From the IMG/VR virus record IMGVR_UViG_3300027621_000003, positions 230,915 to 294,914 of that record: a DNA stretch of 64,000 nucleotides, one strand, 5' to 3'. A program made the translations under genes and the position numbers. The notes under the pieces were generated by a model. That model had not been told where the DNA came from. It did no database searches and saw only the letters and a list, made by a program, of their open reading frames with translations. Below, piece by piece: positions 1 to 9,253 of the stretch. Every line of letters starts with the position of its first letter. Within the stretch, counting starts at the first letter, position 1.

Positions 1-1
1 A

Positions 2-301
2 ACCTATTTCAGCTCTTAAATTAGATTTATGTTCATTACCAGTCATTGGGTCCATTACTTCACACAAAACATATGTGGTTGGGTATTGAGTAATGTCAAA
101 TGAAGGATAAAGTCTTACAGGTCTAAGAATACAATCTGAAAAATTACCTTCCGCTTGTTTAGTTGATGAACCATCAAAAGACCACAATGGTAAATCTTCT
201 AATTGAAATTCCATTGGGAGGTCAAGGATTTTAATCTTGCTTCTCAAGTTTGGTTCAGGTGTATACCCGTCTAACCAAATATATTCTAATTTTGTTTTCA
301 T
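2..301 (-). CDS. glnII: Glutamine synthetase type II, N-terminal beta-grasp domain (partial, runs off left edge)
   Basis: Not in ORF track; translated by hand from ATG at 301: MKTKLEYIWLDGYTPEPNLRSKIKIL...LPLWSFDGSSTKQAEGNFSDCILRPV...YVLCEVM. EYIWLDG, LRSK and WSFDGSST are GSII motifs. Start overlaps the upstream stop (TAATG). Confidence 0.9.
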   Translation of the reverse strand, partial: MKTKLEYIWLDGYTPEPNLRSKIKILDLPMEFQLEDLPLWSFDGSSTKQAEGNFSDCILRPVRLYPSFDITQYPTTYVLCEVMDPMTGNEHKSNLRAEIG

Positions 302-483
302 TATTTGTTCCCGTAATAACCAGATGATAATGAAGACTCTTCAATCACTCCTTCATCAATTAATTTATCCAATATCTTTTTTGTTTCTTTTTCAGTCAAC
401 TTCAAAATGTATTTTGAAATATAACTGATGTGTACTGGTTGTCTTAATTTTGTGTTAAGTAATTTTTTAGTCTTGTCATCCAT
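301..483 (-). CDS. Small hypothetical protein, possibly winged-helix-like
   Basis: 60 aa; translationally coupled to glnII; helix-helix-'LIDEGVIEES' pattern. Confidence 0.5.
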   Translation of the reverse strand: MDDKTKKLLNTKLRQPVHISYISKYILKLTEKETKKILDKLIDEGVIEESSLSSGYYGNK

Positions 484-540
484 GTTGTTTTATGTTTTTT
501 TAAACTCCATAATTTTTTTCTTACAAGTTCACCCAAGACA

Positions 541-777
541 TTATCGTTTGGATTTTCTAGAACTTCTTTTTCCGTAAGACACACTTTTTTGTCCTTCATC
601 ATTAGATTGTTTTGTCTTTTTATCCGGCATCTCTACAGTCACCACAGACTTATCTTTTTTCCATTCAGACTTGGGTGTGTATACCCAACCTAAGAAAGTT
701 TGCAATACTAATTTGTGAGCGGCTTGGTCGTGTAATCGTTTGATTTCACCTGACTTTGAGTTTTTTAGTGTTTTCAT
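541..777 (-). CDS. Small basic hypothetical protein
   Basis: 78-aa ORF with K/R/S-rich C-terminus, co-oriented with neighbours. Confidence 0.6.
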   Translation of the reverse strand: MKTLKNSKSGEIKRLHDQAAHKLVLQTFLGWVYTPKSEWKKDKSVVTVEMPDKKTKQSNDEGQKSVSYGKRSSRKSKR

Positions 778-795
778 AGTATAAAATATATGTTT

Positions 796-1008
796 TTAAT
801 TTTGTTCAATCAAGGGTGCTGAATTTTTTAAAATAAATTCTTTTATTTCTTGGTCAGAAACACCTTCATTATGTAATTGATATGCTTGATGTGACACTTC
901 ATCTGTAAATATACATATGTCAGAAGCAAAATAATTCTTCAGTGGATAATCTTTGTTTATCTCACGTAAAATTAACTCTTTGGAAAAGTACCGTCTATTA
1001 AAACCCAT
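796..1008 (-). CDS. Hypothetical protein
   Basis: 70-aa ORF downstream of a TATATTTG element. Confidence 0.6.
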   Translation of the reverse strand: MGFNRRYFSKELILREINKDYPLKNYFASDICIFTDEVSHQAYQLHNEGVSDQEIKEFILKNSAPLIEQN

Positions 1009-1373
1009 TGACCTTCAGTATTTAGTTTAACACTACAAATATACAAAAATTTACATTCATGTGGAGCAATCATTGATAAAAAATTTATAGTTTTTTCATT
1101 CTGATACACATAATAAGTGTCGCCTACTATTGGTTCAAATTTAAGGTCAATACTAAAGATAAATTCATTGAGTTTATAAGCATCAACCAATTTTTCCATT
1201 TCGGATTTTAGTTCACTAAATCTTTTGTCAACAAAATTATTGAACTTAGTGACTTGTTTTCTTTTAAAATGGTCTGTGTCTTCAACAACAATAACTGGTG
1301 ACCCTACATTACTTGCGTAAGGTAATAAGTTAAACTTTGTCTCAGCCTTTTCATAGTGAGATGGTGTACTCAT
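972..1373 (-). CDS. DUF2452-like protein
   Basis: FEPIVGDTYYVYQ...FLSMIAP...VKLNTEGQW resembles the DUF2452 core as recalled. Confidence 0.55.
   Translation of the reverse strand: MSTPSHYEKAETKFNLLPYASNVGSPVIVVEDTDHFKRKQVTKFNNFVDKRFSELKSEMEKLVDAYKLNEFIFSIDLKFEPIVGDTYYVYQNEKTINFLSMIAPHECKFLYICSVKLNTEGQWVLIDGTFPKS
1036..1043 (-). promoter_or_regulatory. Bacteroidota-type -7 promoter element (TATATTTG)
   Basis: Matches TAnnTTTG, 28 nt upstream of ATG 1008. Confidence 0.6.
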
Positions 1374-2098
1374 ACTAACTGAGTGAAGTAAGATTGTACT
1401 TTCCTCTTGAATAAAGGTAATAATGTATGTTCCAACGGTAGGTTCTGTGTTGAAAATGCTTCAAAGATTGGATACGCTAAACTTTTTGTGTCTGAATACT
1501 CACGGATAACTTCTGTGAATTTTTTATCGTGACCCTTGTATATTAAATTGAAATCTATTTTAGTATCGTGTTTTTTATTGGATAGTTGTTCAAACTTTCC
1601 TTCCCACACATAAACCTCTTTGTTAAACAAATCTTGATATACCACATATGAATTGTTAAGTAATAGATTCTTTTTGTTCTTTCTTAATTTAATTGATGTT
1701 GACTGGTAAGATAATTCCCATATTCCTTTACAGATTGTAAAATATTGAAGTAGTTTTTCTTGTGAGTACTCAAGTATTTGTTTAATCTCATCTAACTCAG
1801 TGGTTGTAAATTTCTTTCTTGTCTTTTTTGATTTGAGTTCATATAACATAATCTCATCATCAATGGAATTTAATTCCTTATTAATAAAAACATATTTGTT
1901 TGATTTAAGAAAACTTCCAATGGATGCCATGTGAAGCGATATCTCAGTAAAGAACGGATAAATTTCACCTCTTGATAAAGCATCCTCCACTTTCATCAAA
2001 AACGAATTTAATACATATTCCTTGTGCTCAAAATCAATTGGGTCTTTTAAAAACCAATCTGAGGGGAGTATAAATTTTATTTGTTTTTTGTCTTCCAT
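1370..2098 (-). CDS. Hypothetical protein
   Basis: 242-aa ORF with ATGA-type overlap to the next gene. Confidence 0.75.
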   Translation of the reverse strand: MEDKKQIKFILPSDWFLKDPIDFEHKEYVLNSFLMKVEDALSRGEIYPFFTEISLHMASIGSFLKSNKYVFINKELNSIDDEIMLYELKSKKTRKKFTTTELDEIKQILEYSQEKLLQYFTICKGIWELSYQSTSIKLRKNKKNLLLNNSYVVYQDLFNKEVYVWEGKFEQLSNKKHDTKIDFNLIYKGHDKKFTEVIREYSDTKSLAYPIFEAFSTQNLPLEHTLLPLFKRKVQSYFTQLV

Positions 2099-2141
2099 AA
2101 ACTAATAATAAAAAAGGTTTATGGATTATGAATACTAAAGA

Positions 2142-3926
2142 TTAATGAAAGTCGCCATCATAGAAAATGTAGTACGTTTCACCTTCAAAAGATACACTTT
2201 CTTCACTTCCGTCATAGTTATTCAAAATTGTACCATATCCATCAGCATCAACAACCGCTTGAGCAAAATCATCTTCATCAATAAAACCATTACTTGTTGC
2301 CCATTCACTAAAGTCATTACCACCCAAATAATTTTCATAAAAATCTTTAGCGTCATATCTATGTTCAGATATTTTATCTGCAACTATAGAATCTAACTTA
2401 TACTCATCATACTCACCATCTGGGTCATCTTCAATTTCTTCAATTTCATTATTTGCCTCATCAATCTCATCACCCATTCTGTCATATTCATCACTATAAT
2501 CTTCATCTTCATCATCTAAACTATCCCTTTCAGACTCTAAATTTAAAACCATTTGTTTTAATTCTACAATTCTGGCTTCTTGACTACGGCTCAATTCTTT
2601 ATCACTATCATCTAAATAAACTTCAGGATTATTGTAAACATCCTCTTCAAAAAAATCTTTTAAATATACCCTAAAACTATCATCATCAAAATGTTCCATT
2701 ACAAATGATTCATTATAACCATCATATCCTACATCATCCAACATATCTTTTACATATCTCACGGCTTCTCTTTCAGTATCATCAGAATCACCAACTTTCC
2801 ATCTACCTTGAAATTCTGTTGTTGTAAATTCTTTTAAAACATAATCACCAGTAGGTAACATATTATACACATCCATCTTGGCGTCTAATTCGGTTAACTC
2901 ATCTTCCAACTCACTTATTTCATCCAACAAATCTCCTCTAACTTCTTCGTCATTATCATATTCCGCTTGAAGTCTGGTAATTTCATTTTCAATTCTTGCA
3001 ATTTCACTTTTATCTTCAGGTGTTTTTTCTTCAATTGTTCCTTCACTAATTAAAAAGTTAAAAAGAGCGTGAGCACAAGAACCCATATCACCTTGAGATA
3101 AATTATCTAAACTCCACTCATCATCTTCTCTTCTTTGATTAGCAGATTCAATTAAACCATTTTCAACTCTTTGTTGTTCTACTCTTGCTAATCTTTTTCT
3201 TTCAATCGCAAGCGTTTCTTTATCACCCCAAATTTCAAGTTCCTTGGCATATTTCTCTCTGATATATAAATCAATGTATTGTTTTATACGAGCAAGTTCA
3301 TTTGTTCCCATAATCCAACCACTGGTGAATTTATCGTCAGGAGCATCAAAATAAGATTCATCACCATCAAACTTTTTCAATAACGCAACTTTGTAGAATC
3401 TATCAGATGTTGCTTTTGTTTTATCTAAGATATAAAACAATTTCCCATCCTTCATATAGTTGTTAAAGTGTGTATTGTCAGCACTTGATGCTGTACACCA
3501 TTTGGTACCAGCACCATAATAACAAGACGCTGTGGTTGTAAGTGGTGCGACAACGGTAAATTGGTCATTTTCAAAAACAATGTCCGCACCTTCAATAGAT
3601 TTTACCGTTCTTCTTATTCTAGTTTCATATTCTTCAATCGCAGAATATAACTCAGCAAATGTTTTGTATTGATTAATATCTTTGATTTGTAAATTGGGAC
3701 CGATAGATACAAACTTCTTTAAAGTGTCTTTTATTTTTTCATCTAATAATCCACCAGCAATTGTTGGAGGTAATGCTCTACCTAAGAAAGTCAAAAACTT
3801 TGAACCATTTGGAATTTCATTAACCATCTTAATAATGGCATCTAACTTTTCAGGAGAAAACTTTTTCCCGTAAGTTGTTTTGAAGTCTTCTTCTCTTCCC
3901 TCTAATAACAAATTAATAAATTTCAT
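2142..3926 (-). CDS. Late protein with 'ASCYYG..TKWCT' domain and acidic C-terminal coiled-coil repeats; paralog of 9253..10611
   Basis: 594 aa; shares an N-terminal domain with 9253..10611; very D/E-rich C-half; TATTTATA 12 nt upstream. Confidence 0.7.
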   Translation of the reverse strand: MKFINLLLEGREEDFKTTYGKKFSPEKLDAIIKMVNEIPNGSKFLTFLGRALPPTIAGGLLDEKIKDTLKKFVSIGPNLQIKDINQYKTFAELYSAIEEYETRIRRTVKSIEGADIVFENDQFTVVAPLTTTASCYYGAGTKWCTASSADNTHFNNYMKDGKLFYILDKTKATSDRFYKVALLKKFDGDESYFDAPDDKFTSGWIMGTNELARIKQYIDLYIREKYAKELEIWGDKETLAIERKRLARVEQQRVENGLIESANQRREDDEWSLDNLSQGDMGSCAHALFNFLISEGTIEEKTPEDKSEIARIENEITRLQAEYDNDEEVRGDLLDEISELEDELTELDAKMDVYNMLPTGDYVLKEFTTTEFQGRWKVGDSDDTEREAVRYVKDMLDDVGYDGYNESFVMEHFDDDSFRVYLKDFFEEDVYNNPEVYLDDSDKELSRSQEARIVELKQMVLNLESERDSLDDEDEDYSDEYDRMGDEIDEANNEIEEIEDDPDGEYDEYKLDSIVADKISEHRYDAKDFYENYLGGNDFSEWATSNGFIDEDDFAQAVVDADGYGTILNNYDGSEESVSFEGETYYIFYDGDFH

Positions 3927-3938
3927 TATTCAATTTAC

Positions 3939-3946
3939 TATAAATA
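3939..3946 (-). promoter_or_regulatory. Putative late promoter motif TATTTATA
   Basis: Recurrent 8-mer just upstream of structural-type genes. Confidence 0.6.
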
Positions 3947-4035
3947 TTAATAAACTTGTAATATACACACAAACTTAATAAACAGATTGTATTAAACAAC
4001 TATTTATGTATAATAAACCTTAATAATATAAAACC

Positions 4036-4185
4036 ATGGGATGCGGATGTAAAAACAACGGTATAGTGCAACAACCACAAGCACAACCACAGGGTCAACC
4101 AATTAACAGAACACAGAACCAAAGTCAAACGATTCAACAGTCAATTAAAAAGACGGTTCAAAAGTATTACAATCAAAAAAAATAA
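4036..4185 (+). CDS. Small Gln-rich protein beginning MGCGCK
   Basis: Hand-translated 49 aa: MGCGCKNNGIVQQPQAQPQGQPINRTQNQSQTIQQSIKKTVQKYYNQKK; TATTTATG upstream (4001), terminator downstream. Confidence 0.7.
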   Translation: MGCGCKNNGIVQQPQAQPQGQPINRTQNQSQTIQQSIKKTVQKYYNQKK

Positions 4186-4196
4186 TACTCTTTAAT

Positions 4197-4225
4197 ATGG
4201 GAAGTGAAAACTTCCCATTTTTTTT
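4197..4225 (+). terminator. Intrinsic terminator
   Basis: ATGGGAAGT-GAAA-ACTTCCCAT stem, GNRA loop, followed by a T-run. Confidence 0.8.
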
Positions 4226-4226
4226 G

Positions 4227-4234
4227 TATTTATA
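4227..4234 (+). promoter_or_regulatory. Putative late promoter motif TATTTATA
   Basis: 5 nt upstream of ATG 4240. Confidence 0.55.
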
Positions 4235-4239
4235 TTACT

Positions 4240-5265
4240 ATGGAAGATAAAATATCAGCCTTAATAGATAAATTTTATGATAATCCGTCTGGTGTTGCCA
4301 AAAACTTTGGTGGACCAGAACAATTCATAAAATTTGTTTTAACAAAAGGTAATCCTGAAGAACATTATTTGGACCCAAAAAATCAATTCTTCTATGATGA
4401 AGGATTACAAGACTTATTGATTTGGGAACAATACCAATCCACACCTAATAAACTTGAGTATCTTAAACGTTTTATTAGTGATTTTTTAGAAAGTGATTTG
4501 GTTGTTGAAAATGATAGAATTATTTGGTTAATAGATAAAGATGATTTATTGATGGTTTTTGATGATAGGGGTAGAGATGGTACCGCTAAATATGCTGCTG
4601 AAATGGTATTTAACGAGGATTATAATGAACATTTTAATGATGTTATAGATGATTTTTATAATGATTGTGTAAGAACATTAAACGACAAAAATGAAATTTT
4701 ATTGGCAAATAAAATTGTTTCTGAATTACCACCATTAACTTCAGAGGATATTGAACAAACATCATTTTTAGAAGAGCTTTGGGAGATTGAAGGTCAAAGT
4801 GGTTTTTTAAGTATTACTTCCGATAATATTTCAGAATTATTGGGGGACAATGAAACAACCGACTATATTATAACTAATTTTTTTCCTGATTTAAAAAATG
4901 ATATGATGAATGCTTACCATAACGCATTTAACACAGCATATGAAGATGAATTATCCAAAGAAGTTTATAGCAATTTAGAAGGGTTTTTTGGTGATTCAGG
5001 TAAGATGGTTAATGTAGGTACCAATCGTGCCGGAAATGATATTTGGACTTACGCAATTGATGTAACCAACACATTTGATTATTTATTCAAAGAATTTTTT
5101 ATGAATTGGAGCAACCATTACAACCCAATTGAATATTATGGTTCTTTCAAGGAAATGTTAAACCAATTATTTGATGATGGTCTTAACAAAATTGACTTTA
5201 CCATTCCTGATTATCCAGATTCAGATGAAATTGAAAGTGCGTATAACGAATACGTTGAAATTTAA
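4240..5265 (+). CDS. Acidic hypothetical protein
   Basis: ORF track 4204..5265; start moved to ATG 4240, after the terminator and TATTTATA. Confidence 0.75.
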   Translation: MEDKISALIDKFYDNPSGVAKNFGGPEQFIKFVLTKGNPEEHYLDPKNQFFYDEGLQDLLIWEQYQSTPNKLEYLKRFISDFLESDLVVENDRIIWLIDKDDLLMVFDDRGRDGTAKYAAEMVFNEDYNEHFNDVIDDFYNDCVRTLNDKNEILLANKIVSELPPLTSEDIEQTSFLEELWEIEGQSGFLSITSDNISELLGDNETTDYIITNFFPDLKNDMMNAYHNAFNTAYEDELSKEVYSNLEGFFGDSGKMVNVGTNRAGNDIWTYAIDVTNTFDYLFKEFFMNWSNHYNPIEYYGSFKEMLNQLFDDGLNKIDFTIPDYPDSDEIESAYNEYVEI

Positions 5266-5310
5266 TTAACCCTTTATACTATCAAATTAAATTCATAAGT
5301 TTTAACCAAT

Positions 5311-6126
5311 ATGAATTTAATCAACCCCGATTCTATAGAAGGAATTATTAATCATTTTGCAAATCATTTATTAGAACAAGTTGGTGATAACTTAATTAAC
5401 GAGAACACCTTCCAAGTATCATATTATTTTCCATCCATTATGGTTGTGTCAGGTTCAATTACATCTGATAATGAATTCTTTAATCTACCAAAACAATTTG
5501 AAATCTTTAAGGAAAAATACAAATATGAATTTCCAAGTACGAAATTAAGATTCATTGATAATATCAGATACAACACATCATCATCATACAATCAAAATTG
5601 GCACAGGTTCTACAATACCCCAAGACCGTTGTATAATGAATATCAACTCAGTACATACATTGAGAAAGATTATAGGTCAATGAAGTCAAGTGCTATTGTT
5701 AGTATTGGTGAAGACTATTCAAACGTATCCACATTCTTTTTTGATGATAATCGTTTAACATATCTTTCAAATTCCACACATCATAGTCAATACCCACACG
5801 GTTATTCAAAAGAATTAAGAAAGAAATTATACTCAATGGAGTTTATTGCCTACAACATGTTCAGGGTATCTAAATCAAAAGTGATGGACATCCATACTTG
5901 GGGTGAAACACCTGAAACATTTACAATGAATGATAATATGTTCAAAATAAGAACAAACTCAAGATGGAGCAATGAAAAATTGTCATCAGTTGCACTTGAT
6001 GTTTTATGTGATTATAACATCAATGAAGCAATTGAAGACTACGATATTAATGATGATTTGTTTCTACCAATAGCCGACAAGCCATGGAATGAACATTATA
6101 AGATGGATGAATTAATTCTATTTTAA
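5311..6126 (+). CDS. Hypothetical protein
   Basis: 271-aa ORF, no recognised motif. Confidence 0.7.
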   Translation: MNLINPDSIEGIINHFANHLLEQVGDNLINENTFQVSYYFPSIMVVSGSITSDNEFFNLPKQFEIFKEKYKYEFPSTKLRFIDNIRYNTSSSYNQNWHRFYNTPRPLYNEYQLSTYIEKDYRSMKSSAIVSIGEDYSNVSTFFFDDNRLTYLSNSTHHSQYPHGYSKELRKKLYSMEFIAYNMFRVSKSKVMDIHTWGETPETFTMNDNMFKIRTNSRWSNEKLSSVALDVLCDYNINEAIEDYDINDDLFLPIADKPWNEHYKMDELILF

Positions 6127-6130
6127 TAAG

Positions 6131-6166
6131 TTTCGTAACAAATACTATATACTATTTGTTACGAAA
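6131..6166. repeat. Perfect 14-bp inverted repeat at convergent gene junction
   Basis: TTTCGTAACAAATA-ctatatac-TATTTGTTACGAAA. Confidence 0.85.
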
Positions 6167-6187
6167 TCCCTTCAACTGAATGACCAG

Positions 6188-6460
6188 TTAAGCAATTTGT
6201 TCCTGAATAAGAGTAATCGCTTCTTCCAACTCTTGAAAGTCCCTGTCAGGTGCATAAAACTTAGCATCTGTTGTACCTTCCTCAATAATCATTATTGCCG
6301 GTACATATTCATTATCAGTTACTTTAACAAACAAACTATATTCTTCTTCGTTTTCATTAATATCCGCTTCAATATATTCAATACCCTCTTTGGTTAACAT
6401 ATCTTTGAAGTCAGTACAATGTGGACATCCATCCATCGTGAAAACTAAAACGTGTTTCAT
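6188..6460 (-). CDS. Glutaredoxin/NrdH-like redoxin
   Basis: CPHC active site, 'YVPAI' cis-Pro motif, 90 aa. Confidence 0.85.
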   Translation of the reverse strand: MKHVLVFTMDGCPHCTDFKDMLTKEGIEYIEADINENEEEYSLFVKVTDNEYVPAIMIIEEGTTDAKFYAPDRDFQELEEAITLIQEQIA

Positions 6461-6756
6461 TAATTTAAGAAACTATCAAATTCAGATTCTTGTAGGATAC
6501 CTGTATGAGATTTAACTACTGAAGAACCTTCATAAAGTTTAAGTGTTGGTACACTACGGACGTTTTGTTCTAATGTAAATTTAATGTCAGAATCTACATC
6601 AAATTTGTAAATTGGAACACCCAATTTGTCACCACTTGTTTCCAAGATACGACCTAACATTTTGCATGGTCCACACCATTTGGCAAAATAATCAATTATG
6701 AATCTCTCACCAGATTCCATCTTCTCTCTTAGTTGTTCAACTGTTAGTTCTTGCAT
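6460..6756 (-). CDS. trxA: Thioredoxin
   Basis: DYFAKWCGPCKM and 'VRSVPTL' motifs. Confidence 0.92.
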   Translation of the reverse strand: MQELTVEQLREKMESGERFIIDYFAKWCGPCKMLGRILETSGDKLGVPIYKFDVDSDIKFTLEQNVRSVPTLKLYEGSSVVKSHTGILQESEFDSFLN

Positions 6757-7057
6757 TTTGTTTTTTCTTTAGTCTTGTTATAAAAAATACAACCTCGTCA
6801 TATTGTTCAGGTTTAAAGTGTATCTTTAAACTATAAAATGATGGGTTAATTTGTTTTATATAAATATAGAAAGATGCACTTGTTTCGTAAATACCTTTGA
6901 CAATATTTCCAGTGGATGTAACGTCAAAGTATATTGGTTTCATTTTGAAAATTTCATCCACAACGGTAAGTTCCCCCACCTCAATTTCGGATAGGGGAAC
7001 TCCATTTTCTTTTTCAAGATGTAGGATTACTCTTTCTATTTTATTGGGGTAATCCAT
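6737..7057 (-). CDS. Hypothetical protein
   Basis: 106-aa ORF, coupled to neighbours. Confidence 0.65.
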   Translation of the reverse strand: MDYPNKIERVILHLEKENGVPLSEIEVGELTVVDEIFKMKPIYFDVTSTGNIVKGIYETSASFYIYIKQINPSFYSLKIHFKPEQYDEVVFFITRLKKKQNARTNS

Positions 7058-7209
7058 TAACCTTGACCGCGATACGCTTTTTTATAATTTTTGGATTGTT
7101 TGTGTTTGGATGTCTTTGTTTTTGCTTGGACACCAGGACGAGACACTTTTGCCTTTTCTTTGTACTTCAATGAGTAACTTGAGGTTGATTTTACGGGTTT
7201 CTTAGCCAT
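7057..7209 (-). CDS. Small very basic protein
   Basis: Hand-translated 50 aa: MAKKPVKSTSSYSLKYKEKAKVSRPGVQAKTKTSKHKQSKNYKKAYRGQG; TAATG overlap with the next gene; own TATCTTTG element. Confidence 0.75.
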   Translation of the reverse strand: MAKKPVKSTSSYSLKYKEKAKVSRPGVQAKTKTSKHKQSKNYKKAYRGQG

Positions 7210-7242
7210 TTCTTATATGTTTTATATTGTTAGATTGTTATA

Positions 7243-7250
7243 CAAAGATA
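7243..7250 (-). promoter_or_regulatory. Bacteroidota-type -7 promoter element (TATCTTTG)
   Basis: TAnnTTTG upstream of ATG 7209. Confidence 0.65.
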
Positions 7251-7260
7251 CTGATAATTT

Positions 7261-8940
7261 TTAGAAATCCAAATCAAACATCAGAATATTTTGTAAATAT
7301 TCTTCATTGGTTATTTCTGAATTGTCATTTGTGTCTGTAATACCATCCTGTAGTATTCTATATTCACTCATAGAATTTTTAACCACATTATATTTGATGG
7401 TTTCTGTTTGTGTTGTTTTTGTCATTTTGAAATCTTCAAACTTAAAATGTTTGACAGCCAACATAACTTGATTATCAAGTTCTTCAAGTGCGAAGTTCCA
7501 TTTGGAATCCAAATTTTTATTAAACCTTCCAAGACTTTGTTTTCTTTCAAATTTTGAATTAGAGTAATTCCATCGGTATTCAATAGTTGCTCTTTCTTTT
7601 GATTCAGAACTACCTTCCCTTAACGATATAATAAAACAGTGTATGTTTTTATGATAAGTTTTAACACAATTTGATTGATATTCTGATTCGTCAAAATATT
7701 CGTATTGTTTTGTAAACAAAATTGGATAATATACACCACCTTGAGGTGTGGCTATTTCTTTACCTATACCATCGAAGAATCGTTGTGAGTATATTCTATT
7801 CCATTCACCATCTTTATGAAGAGATATTTTATTTGAAAATTCTATGTGTTCAACTGTAAACTCATTATTAGTTTTACTTTTCCATACAACATCTTCATTA
7901 TATCGTAATTTCAATGTAAGATAAAATTTAATGTGGTCCATAAAGGTATAGACACTACCACCATTCATAATAGAATTAACAAGACATGTATAAAGATTAA
8001 TTCTTTCTTTATTAGTAATGTGTTTGTTTAAAAGTCTGGTATAATTTCTTACATCAAAATAATCTTTGTACTGAAACAATTCTAAAATTTCATTATCAGG
8101 TCGTGATTTAAGATATTTTGGTGGAACAATATTTTGAACAAAATTAATAACATTTGAATTAATAGTATTCACCAAATGTAAAACACGATGGAATTTTTTA
8201 CCACTTAAATCATATTTTTTTTCCGCAGCCTCAATCAAGTTAAAATGTGATTTTCTTAACTGTTTCATTGTCATACTTTCCCCATTGTTAAAAAATGCCA
8301 AATAATTGTTGGGTACTACAACATTGTGTAATGTAAGATAGTTTGTTATAAGTAAGTTGTTGGGACTAAATTTTCCATCTTTAGTTATGTCAATGTCATG
8401 ACCAAAAACTTTATTAAAAAAAGTACTGGAATAATTTATAAATAACCTTTCACCATCATCAGGGAAATGTGTCTTACATAGGGCAGATAATCTACTAAAA
8501 AAATCAGTAATCATACCATTCCAAGCGTTAGACCTGACATATGATTGATTACCCTTGTTGTATTTTGTACCAACATATACAATTTTAGTTTTTTTATTAA
8601 AAGTTAAGAACTCAACTCTTTTATTGGTAACAAAATAATGTTTCCCTTCATTTCTATACTTCACATAGTAATACGCCTTTAAACTTACTTTATCTTCACT
8701 ATCTTCTAATACTAATGTAACTCTATTAAGATGAATATGCCATAACTTATTTCCATAGTTCTCTAAATAAGTTTCTTTTTCAATTGTATTTACACGACCA
8801 TCAGGTCTAAAAAAATAACGTTTTTTCTTACCATCACGATTCATACTCTGAGCCAATTCAAAATCTCTTTGTATATCACAATGGTCATGGAATTTTCTAC
8901 CATGAAATTCTTCAAACACATTTTTTAATAGTGGTTCCAT
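7261..8940 (-). CDS. PcfJ-like domain protein
   Basis: C-terminal 'YFDESEYQSNCVKTY...FIISLREG...RATIEYR' fits the PcfJ-like pattern. The track's GTG start overlaps the promoter, so ATG 8940 was used. Confidence 0.6.
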   Translation of the reverse strand: MEPLLKNVFEEFHGRKFHDHCDIQRDFELAQSMNRDGKKKRYFFRPDGRVNTIEKETYLENYGNKLWHIHLNRVTLVLEDSEDKVSLKAYYYVKYRNEGKHYFVTNKRVEFLTFNKKTKIVYVGTKYNKGNQSYVRSNAWNGMITDFFSRLSALCKTHFPDDGERLFINYSSTFFNKVFGHDIDITKDGKFSPNNLLITNYLTLHNVVVPNNYLAFFNNGESMTMKQLRKSHFNLIEAAEKKYDLSGKKFHRVLHLVNTINSNVINFVQNIVPPKYLKSRPDNEILELFQYKDYFDVRNYTRLLNKHITNKERINLYTCLVNSIMNGGSVYTFMDHIKFYLTLKLRYNEDVVWKSKTNNEFTVEHIEFSNKISLHKDGEWNRIYSQRFFDGIGKEIATPQGGVYYPILFTKQYEYFDESEYQSNCVKTYHKNIHCFIISLREGSSESKERATIEYRWNYSNSKFERKQSLGRFNKNLDSKWNFALEELDNQVMLAVKHFKFEDFKMTKTTQTETIKYNVVKNSMSEYRILQDGITDTNDNSEITNEEYLQNILMFDLDF

Positions 8941-8945
8941 ATTCA

Positions 8946-8953
8946 CAAAGATA
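8946..8953 (-). promoter_or_regulatory. Bacteroidota-type -7 promoter element (TATCTTTG)
   Basis: TAnnTTTG 5 nt upstream of ATG 8940. Confidence 0.6.
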
Positions 8954-8962
8954 ATAAAAAAA

Positions 8963-9253
8963 TTAGTTTAAACCAACCAAACCAAAGCCAGTTTCCATAA
9001 ATGGTGACTTTTTTACTTTAACATCAATTTTGTGTGTTTCATTGAATAATTCAAAAATTAAATCCACCATTTCTTTTCGGGTCAATTCAACTTCATCACC
9101 CTTGTCAGCATGTTCATAAACCTTGACTTTAATCTTGTCATAGAATTTGTCTTTGCTCATTTCACCAATCAATATTTTTAATTGGTCAGGATTGACATCA
9201 AAGAAATGAAAAATTTGTTTTAAATAGATTTCAACATCTACATTCATAAACAT
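8963..9253 (-). CDS. Hypothetical protein
   Basis: ORF track 8963..9271; start moved to the TAATG overlap at 9253. Confidence 0.65.
   Translation of the reverse strand: MFMNVDVEIYLKQIFHFFDVNPDQLKILIGEMSKDKFYDKIKVKVYEHADKGDEVELTRKEMVDLIFELFNETHKIDVKVKKSPFMETGFGLVGLN

Noticed and set aside
4036-4185. N-myristoylation of MGC proteins
   Set aside because: N-myristoyltransferase is eukaryotic and the genome is a bacteriophage; kept only as an unexplained Cys motif.
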